DNA from: Camelus dromedarius | Taxonomy: Eukaryota | Assembly: GCF_036321535.1 (NCBI RefSeq) | Contig: NC_087436.1 | Span: forward strand, 96,722,001-96,786,000 | DNA length: 64,000 nt | Reading direction: 5' to 3' | Part shown: piece by piece, positions 25,150 through 38,842 of the stretch | Layout: each line of letters starts with the position of its first letter | How positions within the stretch are numbered: position 1 is the first letter of the stretch | Notes under the pieces: generated by a model | What the model was told of the DNA's origin: nothing | What the model saw: only the letters and a program-made list of their open reading frames with translations | Databases searched by the model: none | Made by a program: the position numbers and the translations under genes

Positions 25150-25995
25150 AATCATAATATAAAGTAAAACAGCCTAAGAGGAAAAGGGCAGAAGATAGAA
25201 CAGAACTTTATAAAAGAGAATATACAATTGGCCAATACATATATGAAAATAATTTATTTTAACCGTAGTTACAGAAATAAAAATTAAAACACAATGAGAA
25301 ATAAAAATACAAAGTTCATATTGGCAAAAAGTAAAATTTCTGACCATCCTGAGTGCTGAGATGCATGTTGAATGAAGGAGACTCTTGTGCTCTGCTTGGG
25401 AGAGCACATTAGTAAAATCACTTTTAAACGCAATTTGATATTATCCAGTAATATTGATCCAGAAATTCCATTCCATGATGTTTTCTGTAAGATGTATGTT
25501 GCAAAAATGGTCATAGCAAAAATTCTGAAGACAACTCAAGTGTTCACCAAATATGTATTGTATAAATATATTATGATATATTCCTACCGTGTAATATTAT
25601 ACACTAGTGAAAATAAAGCTACAGCTACTTAATTTACATATGAATTTCACAAGCATGATATGAAAAATAGTAAATCACATAAGAATGTGTGTTATATTAG
25701 TGTTTACTGAATGAATAAGTAAAGGAAAAGAAACATTTATTGTTTATGGGTCTCTGCATAGTTGGTAAAAGTAAAGTATAATGAAAACAAAGTTATGATT
25801 ATTACAAAATTTAGGATGGAGGTCATTCTGAGGGAGAGTGATTAAAGGCTTGGGATAGGGAGATGATTAGGTAGGAGAGACAGAACAGAGCTTTCAAGTT
25901 ACTACTGTATCTTAATATTGGAATGTTTAAATGAATGTTCATTTACATTTCGTACGTTCCTCTGTGTATATGACATATACAATCAAAAGTTACAG
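25150..25995 (+). mobile_element. Ancient L1 (L1ME-like) ORF2 end and 3'UTR
   Basis: 'aaaagggcagaagatagaacagaac...atacaattggccaatacatatatgaaa'; probably continuous with 22265-23085. Confidence 0.7.
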
Positions 25996-27264
25996 AAAGA
26001 AAACAATGTCAGATCTAAGTTTAGAGATTTGTCTACGGTCTTAAGGACAGAAAGTGCTAGAACTTTGATTGGATCACTTCTGTCTGAATCCATAGCAAGG
26101 TGTCAGCTGCTAACCTTTACCATAGCCCTGGAAAATAGTCAGGTGCCTCCCATCTTGTGTCCACCTCCCCCCTCCGCTCCCCATTTGGCACCCTTGGCCT
26201 ATTCCTGCCCGTGTCCAAGAAGGACATTAGACCTTATGTTAAAATGTTAAAATTTAGAGGACACCTTGAACTTTTTCTGCCGCCTTTCTTATTTCTTCCA
26301 GTCTATTAAACATACTTACTTGAATTTCTGTGTTTTTGATAATTCTAACATCTGCGTTATTTGAGAATTGTTCTTCTGATTTTTGTTTGTGATGATTCGT
26401 ATTCATTGTTTCCTCATGAGTATACTTATCTTTTGGCAGGGAGGTGAACTTTTGCTCTTTGGTATTAACATTTTTGGTAGAAACACCTTTTTCTGGCCTG
26501 ACTTAAAAGTCCCTTTTTCTAAAAAGGATTTCTGATCGCTTCCTCCAGGTTCCCCCATATATGGTTAAGTGTAGAGAAACAATGACCTTCTCCCCATGAC
26601 ACCAAGTTTAATTCTAAATAACTATTTAGACACTACTTAGTAAATAATACATTACATATATGTTGATTTAACAAATAGAAAATGGCTTACTATACACCAG
26701 CAAATAAATAAATGTAAGTGAAAGTTTTAGCTCACTTTAAAAAAGCTCATTCACTGAAAAAATGTTCACAGCAGTCTGTATAAATGGTGTTCATAAAATA
26801 CATGCGTGCTTATTCCACTCTCATTCCCTGAGAAGCCATTATTCAATTTTATTGGACTGTCATAACAAAATCAAAAACTGCAATTTAAGCATTTCTATGA
26901 ATTTGTGAAGTACTCTGATACTAACTCTTTTTAAAGTCTTGTAAATGTTACTCATTGAAAGATTTGTGAAGACTGCTTTAATTAAAGGCTGCACTAACAT
27001 TTCACTTAGAAATCTTTTGTATAAAGATTCATTCAAAATGGATGTACAGATAGATTTTATTTATTGTGAAAACCCCAATTCTGAACTTAAATAATTAAAT
27101 TAGATGTACATATTTCAGAGAATATAAGGCCTTTAAAAGCAGAGCAGTATTATTGCAACAGAACCTATGTGTAAAATTACCTACCCTAAAACATGAACCC
27201 TATATTGTTATCTTAGATCTGATCTTTTCTCATTTTTCTAGGTCAAAAGACCTTCACAGAGGAG

Positions 27265-27430
27265 AATTATAAAATCTGACTTAGACGGGACCTTGAAATA
27301 ATCTAATTCAACTCCTCAGCTTTAAAAATAAAAACAAAAAAAAATGATGACATGAAATTATTTTTCTTAGGCCACTAACTAGCGACAGAGTGTGATAAAA
27401 ACATGGTCTTTCTGATTAGTAACCAAGGCT
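27265..27430 (-). mobile_element. MIR/MIR3 fragment
   Basis: 'gggaccttgaaataatctaattcaactcctc' antisense tail. Confidence 0.5.
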
Positions 27431-27649
27431 TTTTCTTTTTCAACATTCAGAATCAGATTTGGCATATTGAATAAACGTCTCTACTTTCATAGCATTTGTG
27501 CTTTATAATCTCTATTCATCTCTTTGCCTTCAGAGAATGCTATGACTATTTGGTCTGCTCATCTACATATGATTTCAGTCTATATATGTGTGTATATACT
27601 TGAGATAGGAGAAAGGCAATGAGTGGAAGAACCAAATAGACTTGCATTT

Positions 27650-28298
27650 CTTAACCTGAGTAGTATTCGATAGAGTCAACCAACTAGTCCTTCTTATATT
27701 CTTTCTTCTCTTCCCCATGAAATGACATTCTGCTGGTTTTCTTCCCGTCTCCTTGGCCAGTCCATCTCATGTTCATTTGTTGCATCCCCTCCTTTGTTTG
27801 GTCTCTAAATGTTGGCGTGATCTAGGGCTGATTGATGGTTTTCTCCTGTTTGTTCTCTGTACTATCATCTTAGACAATCCTATCCAGAACCATGACTTCA
27901 AATACAATCTAATGTTAAGCACTCTCAAATTAATTTCTCCAGCTTTGACCTTTTCCCTAAATTTATGAGGATAACACACAATCACATAGTAGGTATGCCT
28001 GTTTGGATGTAACAGACATTCAGAAATAATGCATCTAAGTGATAATTATTGATTTTCTCCACAAATCTTTTCTCTGAGATTTCCCCATCTTACAAACAAG
28101 CAGGAACGTTCACTTACCTATTCAAGTGAAGTTGAGGAGCCAGCCTTGATTTTTGTTTCTTTCTCTCACCACATTTAATCCAACAGAAATTCCTATAGAT
28201 CCTCCTTCCAAAACCTAATGAAGTAGCTCCAAGCCTGGAAAAGTATCTGGCACATAGTAGGTGCTGGACAAATATTTGCTCAATTTGTTGAACTTGAA
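27650..28298 (+). mobile_element. L2 RT region plus 3' tail
   Basis: 'ctggttttcttcccgtctccttggcc', 'catgacttcaaatacaatcta', 'ctggcacatagtaggtgct...aaatatttg'. Confidence 0.75.
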
Positions 28299-29399
28299 TA
28301 TTTTCTGGTTTTACATTTATGTTATGAGATTTAAAAACTCAGTTTTATGAAAGCTAACTATTTCCCTAGAAAACGATTTCCAAATTACATAATTTTATTT
28401 CTTTAAAATTTATGCAAGAGGAAATAAAGGAATAAACTGATGTCTTTTTAAACTAAGGATGCTTTTTTAAACTAAGGAAAAGGTCAGTTTGGAGTGTAGT
28501 TACATCATAAGTCTAACATTTTGACAGCATTGGAAGAGGTCAGGAAAACTTGTGTCATTATTTATAATGAAATATATGACAAAAATGTTATGTTACATTT
28601 TCATTTGAAGTGTTCTGGACAGACGCAACCAATATATTCTACAGAGGAACAGAAATGTTCTCTAGATTGAAAGTGAATAAAATTTAAGGTACATTTTAAT
28701 TTAACTTTTACATAGGCAATAAATAAGAAGAGCTAAAAAATGTATCCAAAATAACTGATAACTTGTTTTAAAAAGAGACCAAAAAAACAAAACAAACAAA
28801 AAAAAAACAAATGTAGAGATGAATCACAGTGTTAACCTCTTATTGCCTTAATTTTATACCTTTTTAAATAAAACCATTTTTTTTTTTACTATAAACTGTA
28901 TATTGTAAATGCCTTACAAATAGTTCTCAGTTCCTACTCTCTTTTATAGGGGAACTCTATTCTAGTTATTGGAAGATGCCCCTCTAAGACTTAATATGTC
29001 CCATGATTTTTCTCCTTTGCCATTTTTATGTTCAGGAAGTTAAAAAGTAAGCTATCTACTTGACTTCTAGTTATTCTCTTAGTTTTCCATGCATTGTATC
29101 TTTAATGATAAAATTGTCTGCCTTAAATGGTATGTTAAAACATGTAAAGCTTGAAAAGTTTAGAGGGAGTTTTTATTCCTAAAAATGAAAAAAATTTTAC
29201 TATAAGGATGAGGACTCAGAGTATGATAAAGTGTACATAACTGACCTAATGCTGTTTTTTGATCAAATTCGTCTTTGTACTAAATCAATTAATCTTCCTG
29301 CTCTCCTCTTTTACTCCCTTTCTCTTATTCTCTCTCTGCCATCATGTGGTTTACATACACGTGGTTTACATACATATAAGCTTGCAAATTGTTTGGTTT

Positions 29400-29535
29400 C
29401 TAAAAGTCTGTTTCTTATCTGTAAAATGAGTACTGTATAATTCACATAGTATAGTCTCATTTTGAGGATTAAATAAAATAATCTACAAAAGGTACTTAAA
29501 ATTTTGCTCTGACAACCGTAAGTATGTAATATGCT
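29400..29535 (+). mobile_element. MIR fragment
   Basis: 'tctgtttcttatctgtaaaatgag...tgaggattaaataaaataat'. Confidence 0.65.
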
Positions 29536-32500
29536 CGGATTTTGGCCAACCTCTGTATTATTACTATTGTCCCTTCTACTACTGCACCTTCCACTTATAA
29601 CACTACTATTATTTCATAAACTAGTATGCAAGCATTGTATTAAGTTTATGCTTTAGAGAAAGACTAAATGGCTAATAAATGTTCTAATACATTTAATGAA
29701 AAAGTATTTACAGTTTTCTGTAATTCCCGAAGCAATAAAAAAATGTAAAATTATATAAGTGCATAGAAAAAGACTAAGAAATGCACTGAAAATTTAGCTA
29801 ATTACCTCTACATAGAAAGATTAGTGTTAGTTTCTTTTTCTTCTTTGGATACTTTCGTATTTACAGAATTTTCTATCCTTACCAAACTATATTTAAGATT
29901 CAATCCCATCAAATAATATAATACTGAAAATTAACTATACATCAATAAAAACAAGATTCAACCCCACACATATTTGATACCCATTTTCTGTGAGACACTG
30001 TGTCATGCAGCGATGAAGACCCAGCCCCTGACCTCAAAAAGGCCACACTGAGCAGGACAAGGTCTAGTAAACCCAAGGTGGCTTTAATAATGCCCTTCCA
30101 GAATTTCCCTTATCCTCATATACAGAAGATTAGACATCCACGTGTCATGTCTGCATCACCAGGTATTACATTACTCTTTCTTTTAGAAATAGCCAGAGCT
30201 GGGTTTGCCATGTGTGCTTCCCTGGAGGTTCTGTCACAGGCTTCATTAGGCTCCTTCTCCTCCACTCCCTCCACACACCCTTGGTTGAATTTTCCTTCCC
30301 TTGCTGGCAATATACGTCCTAGTAGCAGTCTTCTGCCTTACTCTTTTTCAGCAGTGAATTCTCTGCAAACAATCCTCAATTGTCTCATGACCCTGATCAT
30401 AGTTTTTCCTCATTCTCTGTTTCAGGCTACCCAACTTTCCTACCCAGCCTGTCAGCATGGTGGCCAATTAAACATCCTCTGCTTCTTATAGCCTTAACTT
30501 CATTTCTTTGCTTTCTTCACTGCTAATCAAGACAGTCTCAAAAAATAATGCGGTGTCAGGGCCTCTGGGTCACAGTTTATCCCTGTTGTATGGAATGGAG
30601 TGGATGAAACATATTTTGATGCATAATATCCCAATTTCAGTTTATACATAAGGACCCGAAACTGTAACAAATTAAATTGAATTCAGTCTACTGAAGATCA
30701 TTATATATTGAAACCCAAACAGGACGTTTCATTTCTACTGTATTTATTTAAGAGAAGGTGTATGTGGATTATACTGGCTCATAAAACTGATCTATAGATC
30801 AGAAGCCTACAGTTGATTGACTAGGTAATTACCATTTACAATAAAAGATGGAATAGCAAATGGTATATCAGATATATGAAAAAAACTGAAGTCATAAGTC
30901 AAGCAATAGCCTTAAATTGATAAATTACCTATTAACAGTAGAGAAAAATATGTGCAAATAAGCATTGAAATGTACCTATAAAACAGAGATTTTTGCCTTG
31001 GGTAATAAAAAACTAAGCATTAAATTATTAAGAAAAATATTTAAAATATAAGGTACCACATGAAGTGATAAAATACATTTCCAAAAGCTTTTTAGGATTT
31101 ATCGCTAGCATAGGAATAGCAGAAGTTCCTTCTACCACCTACTTATTTTCAGAACCTTTTCTCTTATTCCAAAGTTCATTCTAAACTTTTCGTCCTGAAA
31201 ATCATCTATTTAAGTATAAATAAAGAAGATAAAAACAAAGTTTGAGAACCTTCTTATTGTGTTATCCCTCGTGTTACATAATCTGTGCTAAGCAATGGCT
31301 ATATCCCTTCCTTTTTTATTTCTCCAAACATAAGGAAAAAAAAATACCTTTTTTTTTTTTGCTTTTACCTTTTTTCACAAGCCCTGGGTTATTCTAGGAT
31401 TTCTATTTCTAGAAACTATTCTGAGACATCTGCGCCTCTCCTATATTCATCCTACATTATGTGCCTTTTTCTTTATCTACTTTTTCTACTTACTCCTACT
31501 AAATTTGAGCCTGCTAGAGCTGTCTTAGTGATGATTTTTAAGATATCATATCCACCTTTTTTTTTTTTCATCATTGGCATCATTTGTCAACATCTAATCA
31601 GATTTATGTCTTAGAGATCTTTTGATCCTCTGTTTTCAAACCCTAGGCTGTAGAAACATACTTACTTTTAACTGGAAAAGCTTGGAAAGCATTCTTCTTA
31701 ATGTTCAATGGACAAATTTAGTTTACTTTTTCCTCCACCAGCTACCATGTGCCCTAGAATGATATGGCCTATATTTCTAATCACTCTTTTTGGTTAATTG
31801 TTTTACATGGTGCTTTGATCCTCTAATAATATGGTCCAAGGAAAATAAATAGGTCATGTCTGGGTTTTAAAAAGCAAAAATGGAAAATAAAACAAAAGAC
31901 AAGCAAGCAACTCACACCCCCACCCTGCCAAAAAAATTAGATTTCTCTATAGAACACTGCTGTTGCCTCTCTACAGAAGTGGTGTTTGTTGTTGTATTCT
32001 GAACATGTCTTTTTTTTCTTCCTTCCTACCTTCTTTCTATATGGTTTCTATTACTTCTTAACCATCTACCTCTTACTCAAAAAAGAAAAGAAAGTACAAG
32101 GGGTATTTACTAGATATAAGCTTGTATTTTCATTACAAATTTAAAAATTTAACATTTAAAAGGATAGATAAATTTAATTAAAAAAAACACTTACAATGAC
32201 TGATGAGCTTAAAATAATTGTGTCATGGACCTAATTCCCTTCTGTTACAAGGACAAATGGCAAGAATCACCTTTTTAACATTCTGATTGCTCAACAATAT
32301 GTTATTTTAAAGTTCTAATACAATTTAATGGAATTGAAAATTACTACATCAGAGGTGTCATTAATCAATGGCATTGTTATGCTTTCTTTTAATTATCTAT
32401 ATCCCTAACTATAGTGAAGTCAATTTGTATGTAATCCAACATTAATAAAAACTGGCTGTCTCACACTAGTTAGTATTTTGTTACTCCAACTTTTATTCCT

Positions 32501-33140
32501 TTATGTATGACTAAACTAAAGCTCAAAGAAATATAGTTATAGATAGGGAATTTAGTTGAATAGCATTTAGTTTTTTAATGAAAGTTTTATATCCAACAAT
32601 ATCTTGGAAATACAAAGGAGGTAACTTACTACTACTAGTGCTGAACTTTCTATCAGGGATGGACTTAAAGCCTGGGGAAGTTAAACTCCAAAGTAACTAC
32701 TTACTACACAGTCGGAAGCCATCACATAGGCAGAGTGCTTTTGAAGAAAATAGGCCAAACTTTCAGTGGAAGAACAACATTGTGTTGACTTCCTAGAGAA
32801 GTCTTGTATTTCAGTTCTTGCCAAGCAATCAATGCTGTGCTCAGTATTATGTATTTATATTTGGGTGAAGATGGAGTTGAAGGGGTAAGAGCTCAAAGAA
32901 GACTGAGGCTACTCCCTTCTGGATATAGTATTGACCTAATGGCTGTTCAGAATCATACGACCTATAATCAAAGATTTCATTGTGTAATTTATAGCAAATA
33001 AAATAGAACTCTGCTATCTATATTTTGTTTTCATATATCAAGTTTTGAAAAAAGTAATGAAACAAATGCTATTATATAATAGCATACAAACCCTCCTCAA
33101 ATGGTACATAATGATTAATTTATATCATTTTTAAGATGAA

Positions 33141-33712
33141 TGGTTAGAACAACCAATGCCCCATAGCCAAGACTACCAGGATCACCTATACTCAAAGAAA
33201 GCTAATTTACTGATTTGCTGACATGAGAGTGAAGGCACACCAAGGAAAACTATGGAGTGTCTCAATACGAATATGTTAGAAAGGACTTATAGGACTTGGA
33301 CTTGGGCTTTAGGTGATTTTGAGGGGGGGTTAAGGAAGTGGGGATTAGCCACTGGATTAGATACTGTTGGGGAACTGAAGTAATTCTGCAGTTGGCTATT
33401 ATAATCATTCTTATTTAGAAAGTGAGGAGATGAAGCAAGGCTAAAGCTGTCATTGGTAAAGAAGCAGCAGGTACTCATAAACAGCCAGAATAGGGGGACA
33501 GTTGGTCATATTTGTAGTTTGAACAATGGTATTTTTAGTCTTGCTCCATTAGAGGCATTGGATGGCCTTGTCTGATGATGGTCTGTGAAATTTTTACGTT
33601 CATCAGAACACCGCATGCTACTTCTGAGTCCTGGGTCATCTCATAGCAACACCAAGGCCTCTCTGGTAATGCCAGACCAGCTCCCAGGTGAGAGGGGCTG
33701 CTTTTCTATTTC
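33141..33712 (-). mobile_element. ERVL LTR (MER76-like)
   Basis: Minus-strand start 'agaaatagaaaagcagcccct...ggagctggtctggca...aggccttggtgttgc'. Confidence 0.65.
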
Positions 33713-33963
33713 TTTGAACATATTAGAGAACTTAAACATCTTTCAAATAAATAATACAATAATGAAATTCTGATCCATTTACCAATAAGCTTAGTGTCCC
33801 CATTTTGCAAAGCATGATGATATATGTTGGTTCAGAAGAAGAAGGAAAAGGGGGAAGTGGAGGAAGAGGGGAGGGAGGCAGGAGAGGAGGAGGCTGTGAA
33901 GTATAAGAAGAAAAAGAACAAGGGATGGCTTTCTAAGGAGCGTAAGAGAGAGTTGGTGAGAAT

Positions 33964-34539
33964 TGTGAGATGAATGAATGATCCCAGTGATCCCTGTTAA
34001 TCACATTTTTATGCAATCCTCCCCCTGTGTGGGTGCTGGACCTCCTGTCATCGTGCTTCTGATAAATAGAACATGACAAAAATGATAAGATGTCACTGTC
34101 AATATTATCTTACACAAGACTATGATTTCTGTCTTATTTGCTCTCTCTCTTTCTCTCTGGTTCTGCTTGCTTGCTTGCTTTGAGGAAGCAAGCTACCATG
34201 TTATAAACTTCTGTATGGAGAAGCAAAGAACTGAGGGAGGCCTCCTCCTGACAGTCAGTAAGGAACTGAAGCCCTCAGTTCATCAACCCCATCAACCTGT
34301 GAGGAACTGAATCAACAACCACATGAGTGAGCCTGGGAGCCCATGTCTCCTAGCCAAGCTGTGAGATAATCACAGCTCCTGGTGGACATCTTGATTCCAG
34401 CTCAATAAGGACCTTAAGATGGGGGGCCCAGCTAAGCTGCACCTGGATTCTTGATCCACAGAAGCTGCATTAAGAACTGGTTGTTTTAAACCATTGAGAT
34501 TCAGGGTAATTCATGACACAGCATCAAATAACTAACACA
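33964..34539 (+). mobile_element. MaLR LTR (MLT1E/F-like)
   Basis: TG start, 'gaggaagcaagctaccatgtt', 'cccagctaagctgcacctggattc', end 'aataactaacaca'. Confidence 0.8.
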
Positions 34540-35403
34540 GGAGATCAGGGTGGGATGAGGAGGAAGTGAGTGAGGAATCCTCAAATTCTTCACTCATCCT
34601 GGTGCAGCTCTGCAGGAGACATTTTAAAATGAAGCATGAAAGCGAGACTGCAGGAGAAAGGACAGGAGCTTTGGCTGTGGATCTGTTGAACTACTATATA
34701 TTACATCTATTTTGCGATAGTTCAATTCCACGGATATTCAATGCCAAAATTACAATAAGTACTCTAGGAACTCAGCTAAGAGTGATAACTTGTCAGATAA
34801 AACAAGAAATATGAGATTTTACACAATACTAGACGCACCTATTTTTAGAGGAATTTGGAAAATCATGTTCTTACTTATGGTAGGAGGTAGAAGGCAGAAG
34901 AAAGAGAATTCTTTGTTGCTTAAATGTTATGAAATATTTGCTATGGGAGGGTTTCTTGGTAATATCTTACAGACACTAATTTTATGAACTAATCTCCCTA
35001 AACACCCCAGCAGGAAGTAGACAGAGAAAGGATAAAGGCGCCAACATAAAATATAAATGCACTCTTAGGCACAGCAGGAACGACGTGAATGAATGAGTCA
35101 TTTAAGCAGAACTTTGTGTGTGCCAAAAGCCAAGTTGTGAAAGAAACAGTTTTTAAGAACCTCAAGATACAATTAAATTATGTTCAAATATCAGATCAGG
35201 AAGTAACGGTAAGGAAAAGAAAAATAAAAAGATCGAAAGATTTTATGATATTTTAATACAAGTTAATTTTGATATTAAGGACTTTAAAATACAAAAGCTA
35301 ATTATGGCTTTTGTGCTATATTGATAAAATATATGCTGTTACTGAGCAGGCTTAATAGCTGATTATCAAAATTCAAATCATAGAAGTTTCAAGAAAGCTT
35401 AGA

Positions 35404-35575
35404 CCAGTTCTTCAGTTTCAGTGTGCATATGAATCACTTGGGGATCTTGGTAAAAAGGTAGATGCTAATTTAGTAGGTCTGAGGCAGATCTATGACTCTG
35501 CGTTTCAACAATCTCCCAAAAAGTATCTTTCTAACAGACTGCCAGGGGACCACACTTTTTGAGATGAGTTGTAAG
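35404..35575. mobile_element. MER5A (hAT-Charlie)
   Basis: 'gtgtgcatatgaatcacttggggatcttg...tttagtaggtctg'. Confidence 0.7.
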
Positions 35576-36572
35576 GTCTTAAAAACTTGAATTTTAAAGT
35601 ACTGGAACACTGCTATTTGATATGTGGTCCTGAGGTAAGCAATATCAACATCCCCTGGGAATCAGAAATATAAGAAACACTAAATTAGAGCAACTGTAGA
35701 GAAGTTCAATGACTTACCCAAGGTTTGAGAACCAGAAATAAAGACTGCCCTAATTTTCATTCAAGTTCTTTTTCTGGCATTTCAAAGATAATACTAGGAA
35801 GACTTAACAATCCAAGATGGTCTTTCTCTTATGGAAAGGATGTGATCTCAGCATGCCGTTGTCTCACCCTCTTGGGATAGAGAAATAGTTACCCATTCTG
35901 AATTGCTGTCTGGGACACAGCCCACTCAGAGGTCTGCATTAGTCACTTAATTACATTCTCTTTCAAGAGTTTCACATTGAAGTTACAATACAGAAATTAG
36001 AGAATTGCTTGAAGTGGAGCTGTGATGACCACCTGGGCAAAACTTTGACAGCATGGTGAATGTAATATATATACTAAGACCACAAGTGTACATTTTCTTA
36101 AATGTTGTTTCCTTATTTTTTAAAAGGGATTTTAAAAGTAGGGTTTTTTTTAGCATTGGTGTTTTATTCCCTTCTAATTTCTATGCTTTATAACTTTTCC
36201 AGTTTAAAAAATATTTTGTTTAACCTACATATTTTTATTATTGTAAGATAGAGATTTGTACCTAAAACAAAATCCCTTTAGAAAGTTCTTATTGTTAGAA
36301 GAGAAAGCACATTGACAGGTATTTATACTTGCATATATCTTATACATATGTTCTTAGAGACTTCACTTAAGAAAAATGGTTAATAGTGCCCAGAACTTTT
36401 CTGGAATCCAATTCCAATGGGTGTCTCTGCCCTTTAGGGAAATGTGAAGAGAATCTTAAGGGATGCCCAAGTCCCCAGGTCCCTTAGATTCACAAACAGT
36501 GGTTCAGAATTTGAGTGATGCTGCTCTGCTAACTGGCTTTAGAAAAACAGGCGGAGATATATTGTTAGTTTA

Positions 36573-36808
36573 GTTTTTTTTTTTTTTTTTGAGGGGTGTT
36601 AAAGATAATTAAGTTTATTTAATTATTATTTTTAAACAACTTTACTGTGGTATAATTTCTGTACAGTAAACTACACATATTTCAGATGTACAATTTGATG
36701 AATTTTGATAGATGTAATTATTTTTTTAATGGAAGTGCTGGAGATTGAACCCAGGGCTTCCTGCATGCTAGGCATGCACTCTACCAGTTAAGCTATACCC
36801 TCCCCTCC
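36573..36808 (-). mobile_element. tRNA(Ala)-derived camelid SINE (Vic-1-like) interrupted by a short L1 3'-end fragment
   Basis: Minus-strand head 'gggtatagcttaactggtagagtgcatgcctagcatgc...gggttcaatctccag'; polyT at 36574-36590; insert at about 36628-36714. Confidence 0.85.
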
Positions 36809-37479
36809 AGATATTTTGGATTTTACATGGAATAGTGGCATTTACTGATAAGGGCAGAGAGGCTAGCCATGCTGCCGTCAGAGAAGGTCTGGCAAAATGA
36901 AGGATTTGACTCAAAATGGCACTCCTTTGACAAACACTTAAGGAAGGAGTCATGGGTTTTATTTTGTAATCGCAGGGAAAAGGGTGAAGAGAAAATACCC
37001 TCTGGGTATATGGAGCTCACTATGAAGTGGCAGAGGTCGTTCTATCCAGGGAATAGCAGCAGATGGAGGCAGCTAAGAGCATGCCAATCCTAAAGCTTTG
37101 AAAAATACTCTTTGAAAGATCTGTTTGTTAAAAAATGCACTCCTTTTAGAATGCTCAGCAGGAAAGAGCAACATGTACTCTCAAAATGATGTTGAAAAGT
37201 GTCTCTAAGTGGAGAACAGAAGACAGAACCCTGATGTTAAGCAAAGAAGCAAGGGACAGCAAAGAATTTACCCAAACAAAGTGAAACCCTGACAAAGGCA
37301 GTCCAATGGCATCATCTGTGGTCAGGGAGTAAATGGAAGAAAGTCAGCTGCAGTAAGTATAGTGTGATGTGCTTCTCTCCGGAGTAAATTTCCTGCCTTC
37401 TAGAGAAAATAGTTCCCAACAAGAGGTAAGCATGATAGCCACACTGGGTAGATTTTTCCAAATTAAACATAACTTTACC

Positions 37480-37600
37480 TCAACCTCAGACTTACACAGA
37501 GGAGTCCCAGATATTGAGCCTAGGGGTGTGTGATTTGTACTTTCACAGAAGTTTCCCAGTAAATATGAAACTCATCCTTGACTGAGAAGCACCATCCTAG
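37480..37600. mobile_element. MER5-like fragment
   Basis: 'gatttgtacttt...aagtttcccag...tgagaagcaccatcctaga'. Confidence 0.5.
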
Positions 37601-37621
37601 AGCAGCTGGTGAACAGCGTAT

Positions 37622-37750
37622 CTTTTTTATTTTTTTACTCAATAAGAACACTTAACATGAGAACTCTTGACCAATTTTTAAGTGTGTGATATGGTATTTT
37701 AAACTGTAGGCACAGTGTTGTACAGAAGATCTCCAGGATTTATTCAGGTC
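37622..37750 (-). mobile_element. Short L1 (L1MA-type) 3'UTR fragment
   Basis: 'taagaacacttaacatgaga...gttgtacagaagatctccagga'. Confidence 0.65.
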
Positions 37751-38809
37751 TGCACAAAATATTAGTTTTCTCTGCCCAGATTGTGTTGCTATAGGGTAGT
37801 GAATTCCTGACCATACTTCTCAGAAAGAGCCTGGAATCCAGCTGTATTGTCACATAGAGGAATGTTTAATGAACATTTACAATGAAATAATAAATGAATC
37901 TAATCTTTCTGCTGTTTTATGCACTGAGGAGCAAGAAAAACAAGGATTTTCCCCTGCAATCTTATAAAAGATTTCTGGGTGTCTGAAAAAAAAAACTTTA
38001 ATGTTATATGATTCAACAAACAAACTTGGCTCTTAAATTACTAACTGGAGGAAGTGTTGAGAGGGAAAGAAAAAAGAGAATCGGCACAGAAGGAGAATTT
38101 AATATATCCTAAGCAGCAATAGCAACAAGATAAGTCTAAGCATTCCTCTTTAAGCATTTTCCCCTTCATTCATACATGCCCAGTTTAAGGATAATTGTGA
38201 GGTGTTATTTATGAGTTAAGGAGACTCTCAGCCTTGGTCTTTAAAATGAAGCTTCAAATGCTAAGAGCATCCCGTCTGTTCCACAAACAAATGTACTGCT
38301 TAGTGGCAGAGCATCTATCCCATCTAATTGGTACTTCACGTATTTTTAAATTTGTGAGGCTGTGCTTATTCTTTAGTGTGATATTAAAAATGTTTCTTTG
38401 AAATGAGTCAGGGACCCTAGAGGGGTTAATTACATAATAATTACTTTGTCATGTGCTTCCTTCTTCCCAGGGTAGACTATTTTCACTTCTAAATGAAATC
38501 TTCAAAATACTAAACATTTGAAAGACATAGTACCTGAAATAATTTACACCTGCTCTGAATGACTACAGCATAAATTTAATACTCAGTAAATGGAGGCTTG
38601 AAGTCCCTAAAATCCAGGCCTAAATGTTCACTTATTATATTTCTCTGTACACACACATTTCTAGTTAGTATTTATAGTATTTGGTCATAATGATTTTACA
38701 TCTGAAGAATAGATTTGATACATAAAAACATCCATTCACTATTTTAGGCATGGAGTTTGTATGATAGAAACAGAAAGAGAGAGTGAGATTCATAGATACA
38801 TAGATTCAT

Positions 38810-38842
38810 AGATGGATGGATGGATGGGTGGATGGATAGATA
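38810..38842. repeat. (GGAT)n/(AGAT)n STR
   Basis: Read directly. Confidence 0.8.

Noticed and set aside
26700..26960. Possible decayed hAT transposase fragment
   Set aside because: Only a vague peptide resemblance, no terminal repeats found; unsupported without a search.
28439..28478. Short tandem duplications here and at about 58414-58476 as CRISPR-like repeats
   Set aside because: Only two copies with no spacers; ordinary slippage duplications in eukaryotic DNA.
30000..30491. Longest ORF (163 aa)
   Set aside because: Non-ATG start, no recognisable domain and no convincing exon boundaries; likely chance.
34677..34731. Possible miRNA hairpin (TTGAACTA/TAGTTCAA stem)
   Set aside because: Only 8+5 bp of pairing with a 24-nt loop; no recognised mature miRNA.
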